Below, in pieces: positions 60,377-64,000 of a stretch of DNA of 64,000 nt. The stretch covers positions 13,191,088 to 13,255,087 of the forward strand of contig CAVNZM010000004.1 of the NCBI GenBank assembly GCA_963693365.1, given 5' to 3'. The stretch is from Amoebidium appalachense. Lineage: Eukaryota; Protista; Ichthyosporea. A model generated the notes under the pieces. It was not told the origin of the DNA, did not search any database, and saw only the letters and a program-made list of their open reading frames with translations. The position numbers and the translations under genes are program-made. Position 1 is the stretch's first letter. Every line of letters starts with the position of its first letter.

Positions 60377-63000
60377 GTTGCTGTGAATTGTGCTGCTACC
60401 CCACAGCTGTAAAATTACAAGGGGCTGGTTGACCCTACTATGTGGCTGTGGATACAATGATACGATAGCAATAAATATCACGTCTACAAAAAAAAAAGAT
60501 TGCGAATATGAAGCGGTGAAAATAGGACCTTTGCCTGTGTTTACAATTTTATGTCACCTATAAACTCGGCAACTGAACTTGGGATGAATCCTGAACCACA
60601 CGAGGGCTTGATGAAACTGAAGACCATGTGGGTAACGATGCCAGATTTTTGGGGGGATTACGCCAGAATTATGTTTTCAGCCAACCGGTTGGCTGGAGGT
60701 GGGTAAAAAAAGCCCTCATTGTGGTCGCTGTGTTGATCAGTCACATGAGACAGGAGCTGTGGAGCTGGGTGAGTACCAAAAAAAATAAAATTTAGATTAA
60801 ATAAAAATACATTATGCATTCTGCTACAATGTCACTGCTTTATATAATAGCGTATCGCGTATCGCAATTGTCAGCAATCCCATGCCGGGACGTCGAATTT
60901 TTAAGCAATAGCGAACGGGCCAATCATGTGTGACCACAGCAAGGAAGAGGCCAATGAAAAAACACCCTGGAACCAGCTGTGCGCACAGCCTGTGCGTGGA
61001 TGATACCTGATTTGTATTCACACTGTGTATCTATGCATTTATAATATGGTTCTGCTTTTCAGCTTCTCAGTTAAACTCCGAATAGAAAAGATGCTACGGT
61101 TATAGGGCCTGGCCAAGGGGAACGCGGCAGCCATGGGGGATGGGGAGTCTTACATATACTGACTCACAAGTACCGTACCAGATTGCAAATTTGCAGCGCT
61201 CTGCTGATAATCTTACAGCCAATAGAATCTCTGTGAAGGAAGCCAAAAGTAGAGACATCCTTGTGTGAAAGTATGATCTGATTGGATCTCACGAATTTGC
61301 AAGATCTCGGTATGATAGCGCATCGTGCGTGACACTTATGATCATTCACATGATGAATGAATCTCCCGCTTCTCAATGCAGTATTCCTACTTTTATTATT
61401 GTTTTATTATAGCATCAAGCTTATACAATATTCAACATCTGGCCTAAACTCAATGGGTTCGCCTGGTAGACAAAAACACTTAGCAAAAGTCACACTTATC
61501 ATTACGGACGTGGAGGCTATTATTAGCTCATTGTAATCTGCTGTTGCTATTTTTATCGCAATGATTTCACCAGAGGTTTGAAATGGCTCAGTGTTTGCGC
61601 AAACGTGACGTGATTGGTTCACATTTCCCTCCCTATGTTTTTTTTGGCGCCCAGGCCCCTTACGTCAGGGACGGCGGCCACAGAAAATTACAACAAGGCC
61701 ATGAAGGCTCCGCGGCCGAGCTGCCCATGGCCACGGGCCATAATCGTTGGGGGCCCCCACTAGCGAAGTCACTGGGATATACAAAGCTCCAGCTACATAA
61801 ATTTAGGCTCATATATGTATACATACATACAGCGCCATCGTTGAGGCGGAGCTTGTGCCAGTCAGGTATGTCGATGGCTAAAGGAAACCGTGCAGCTGTG
61901 GACGCGGCTGTAGGTAGACCTGTGTGTGGCATGCGCTTGTTGAACCGTGAGTGCACCGTGTGCGTGTGTGTGTGTGTGTGTGGGGGGGGGGAAGTAGATG
62001 TTTTTCGTGTGGGTTTGTGTGTGCGTTTGTGTGTGTGTGCGCGCGCATGTGTCTTGTGTGTAACTGCGCCTTGGTTGTTGGCCTGTGTCCGTGTATACGT
62101 GTGTGTGTGTGTGTGTGCAAGTGTGAATTTGTGCGTGTTTGTCACGATGTGTGCGTGTGCGTGCGTGTGCATGTCACGGTGTGTGCGTGTTGTGTGTGCG
62201 CGTGTGTGTGGTGTGTGTGGTGTGTGTGTGTGTGTAAACTGGGTGGTGGTGGGAGTTGTGTTGATTGATCGAGTATGTGTGGGTACGAAGGGTAGAGAAA
62301 GGGAGTGGTGAGTGGCATGTGGCGGTTAGTTGTGTGTGGGATGTAAAGCAGTTGTCGCCTCTAGCATTGGTAGCATGGGTTTGTGCAAAGCGTACATGTG
62401 ATCCCAAGGTTTAGCGGGAAAGTGTGAATAGTATGGTATATGCGAAACAGGCAGCAATTTTGCTTGTACTGCAAGTATGTGCTGGCACATGTTAGCACAG
62501 TCTTAGAGGTGTCAACACACAACTAAAGTGACTATGGCTTTGCACGGTCGCCATTACACTTTCTATTTGCCTATTCTCTTAGGCGCTATCAGGCAAGCGT
62601 TGGGCATATGCAAGGAGTGCCACATAAAACAGCCATGTTTCGAATATACTTGAAATAAATCCACGTAATTGTTTTGATTGCATGCAAAAGAACCAAAAGA
62701 AAGGTTGTCCAATCAAATACCGTTTTCCCTCTGGCAAGGCCTTCAGCCCCCCCTCCCCTCCCCCTCCTTCCCGCCCGCCTTCCCGCCCGCCTAGAGGATG
62801 GGCCTACCTTTTGTGCCCAGGATAAAGGCAGCCAATCAAATCACCCTGTTCCCAAGGCACCACTATGAATGGGAAGATCCCCCCCCCCCCCATCCCCACC
62901 CCCCCCCCCCCCCCCCCCCCCCCCCCGCCCCTCTTTCGCCTTTTTCACGTGTCCCTCTCTCACCACCTGTATATACCTAATTCCAACTTATCCATACCAG

Positions 63001-63376
63001 ATTGCAATGCTGCTGCAGCGCAACACGACCATCCTTGCCCGTGCCCTCATCACCGCCTGTGTGTCTACACCCACGAGGTAGGGTGCGATAATGACTGAGA
63101 TGAAGATTTACAGAAGATGAGATTACACTCTTCTGTCGATATTATGTCTATCAGAATGTACCGTCCAATGTCTTTATGGGGAAACAGGAACAGGAAAGGA
63201 GAGACCTCTCCTTTTTTTCCTCATCGTTATTTGGTTGCCAATCCTTTATCGATCTATTTATTGTTTATTATCATGTGTATTTGTGTGTGTGGGCACCAGG
63301 GTAGGCGGTCAGCAGGCGGCACATTTCGTGAGATATCAACCCCTCTTCCTCCCTCCCCCCCGCCCCCCTCTCTCGT

Positions 63377-63450
<74 letters not shown>

Positions 63451-63930
63451 CCTCTCTCTCCCTCTCTCTCTCTCTCTTGCTCCCCCACCCCCCCTCCCCC
63501 CTCTCTCCCCTTCTCACACTCTTCCCCCCCCCCCCCCCCCCCCCCCCCTTTTTTTTTTCTATGCCTGCAGATCTGTACTTAACTGTGCGCAAGAATGGGC
63601 AATCAAGTTACTACGAAGAATTACATGTGTCACATCACCCAGCCGTCTTTTTGCATTCTTGCATTCTGTTGCTCGCTGCATGGGCCTTCACGACTGGGAT
63701 TCTCTTGTTGACCTGGACCATGTTTGCTTCGAATGTCCACTCTGCCTCCTGGGGTTTTTCTTTTTTTTTTTTTTGGGGGGGGGGGGGGGGGGGGAGAACA
63801 TCATAACATCATTCCGGCCACACCAGTAACACTTCTTTTTGTCCTGCCAGAAAATCTGCTTCCTTCCTGTCATTGTTTTCTCGGCGCACCATGGTCTACG
63901 TATCTGCTTCAGAGAATGGCTCGGCTACTG
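63001..63930 (+). other. Possible exons of an unidentified gene running off the window end
   Basis: CAG/GT-bounded, compositionally complex segments at 63001-63077 and 63851-63930 (GTAAGT donor), and an acceptor near 63570. No domain was recognised and the frame is unresolved. Confidence 0.3.
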
Positions 63931-64000
63931 GTAAGTGAAGGGTGTTCGAAACTTACCTGGGAAGTGGCATGTCTAATGGTGGCCAGGGGTTGGGGGGTTG

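Noticed and set aside
63951-63960. ACTTACCTGG resembling the U1 snRNA 5' end
   Set aside because: The following sequence does not resemble U1 stem-loop I and the window ends; it is equally a minus-strand donor-like motif or a chance match.

Overview
This is intron-rich eukaryotic genomic DNA packed with poly-C/poly-G and (CA)n tracts; most ORF-track entries are artefacts of these repeats. The animal-type CPT1 and the intron style are compatible with a unicellular holozoan such as an ichthyosporean, but that is a guess. Genes read by hand: the 5' 12 exons of CPT1 (-), with an intronic tRNA-Leu(UAG); a ~17 kb multi-exon PPR gene (+), with an intronic tRNA-Ser(AGA) and three copies of an unassigned structured, apparently pseudoknotted ~160-nt element; a spliced 4-exon gene (-) joining two zinc-finger-like modules to a PD-(D/E)xK nuclease-like domain, with two disabled paralogs; and a secreted Thr-rich protein with Pmp-like GGA(I/L)/FxxN repeats (-). 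A ~9 kb segmental duplication starts at a poly-G junction. One copy carries a solo LTR (5-bp TSD), which in turn holds a hAT-type element (8-bp TSD). The best novelty candidates are the zinc finger-nuclease family and the covarying intronic RNA. All gene models and folds are manual; no database searches were run.
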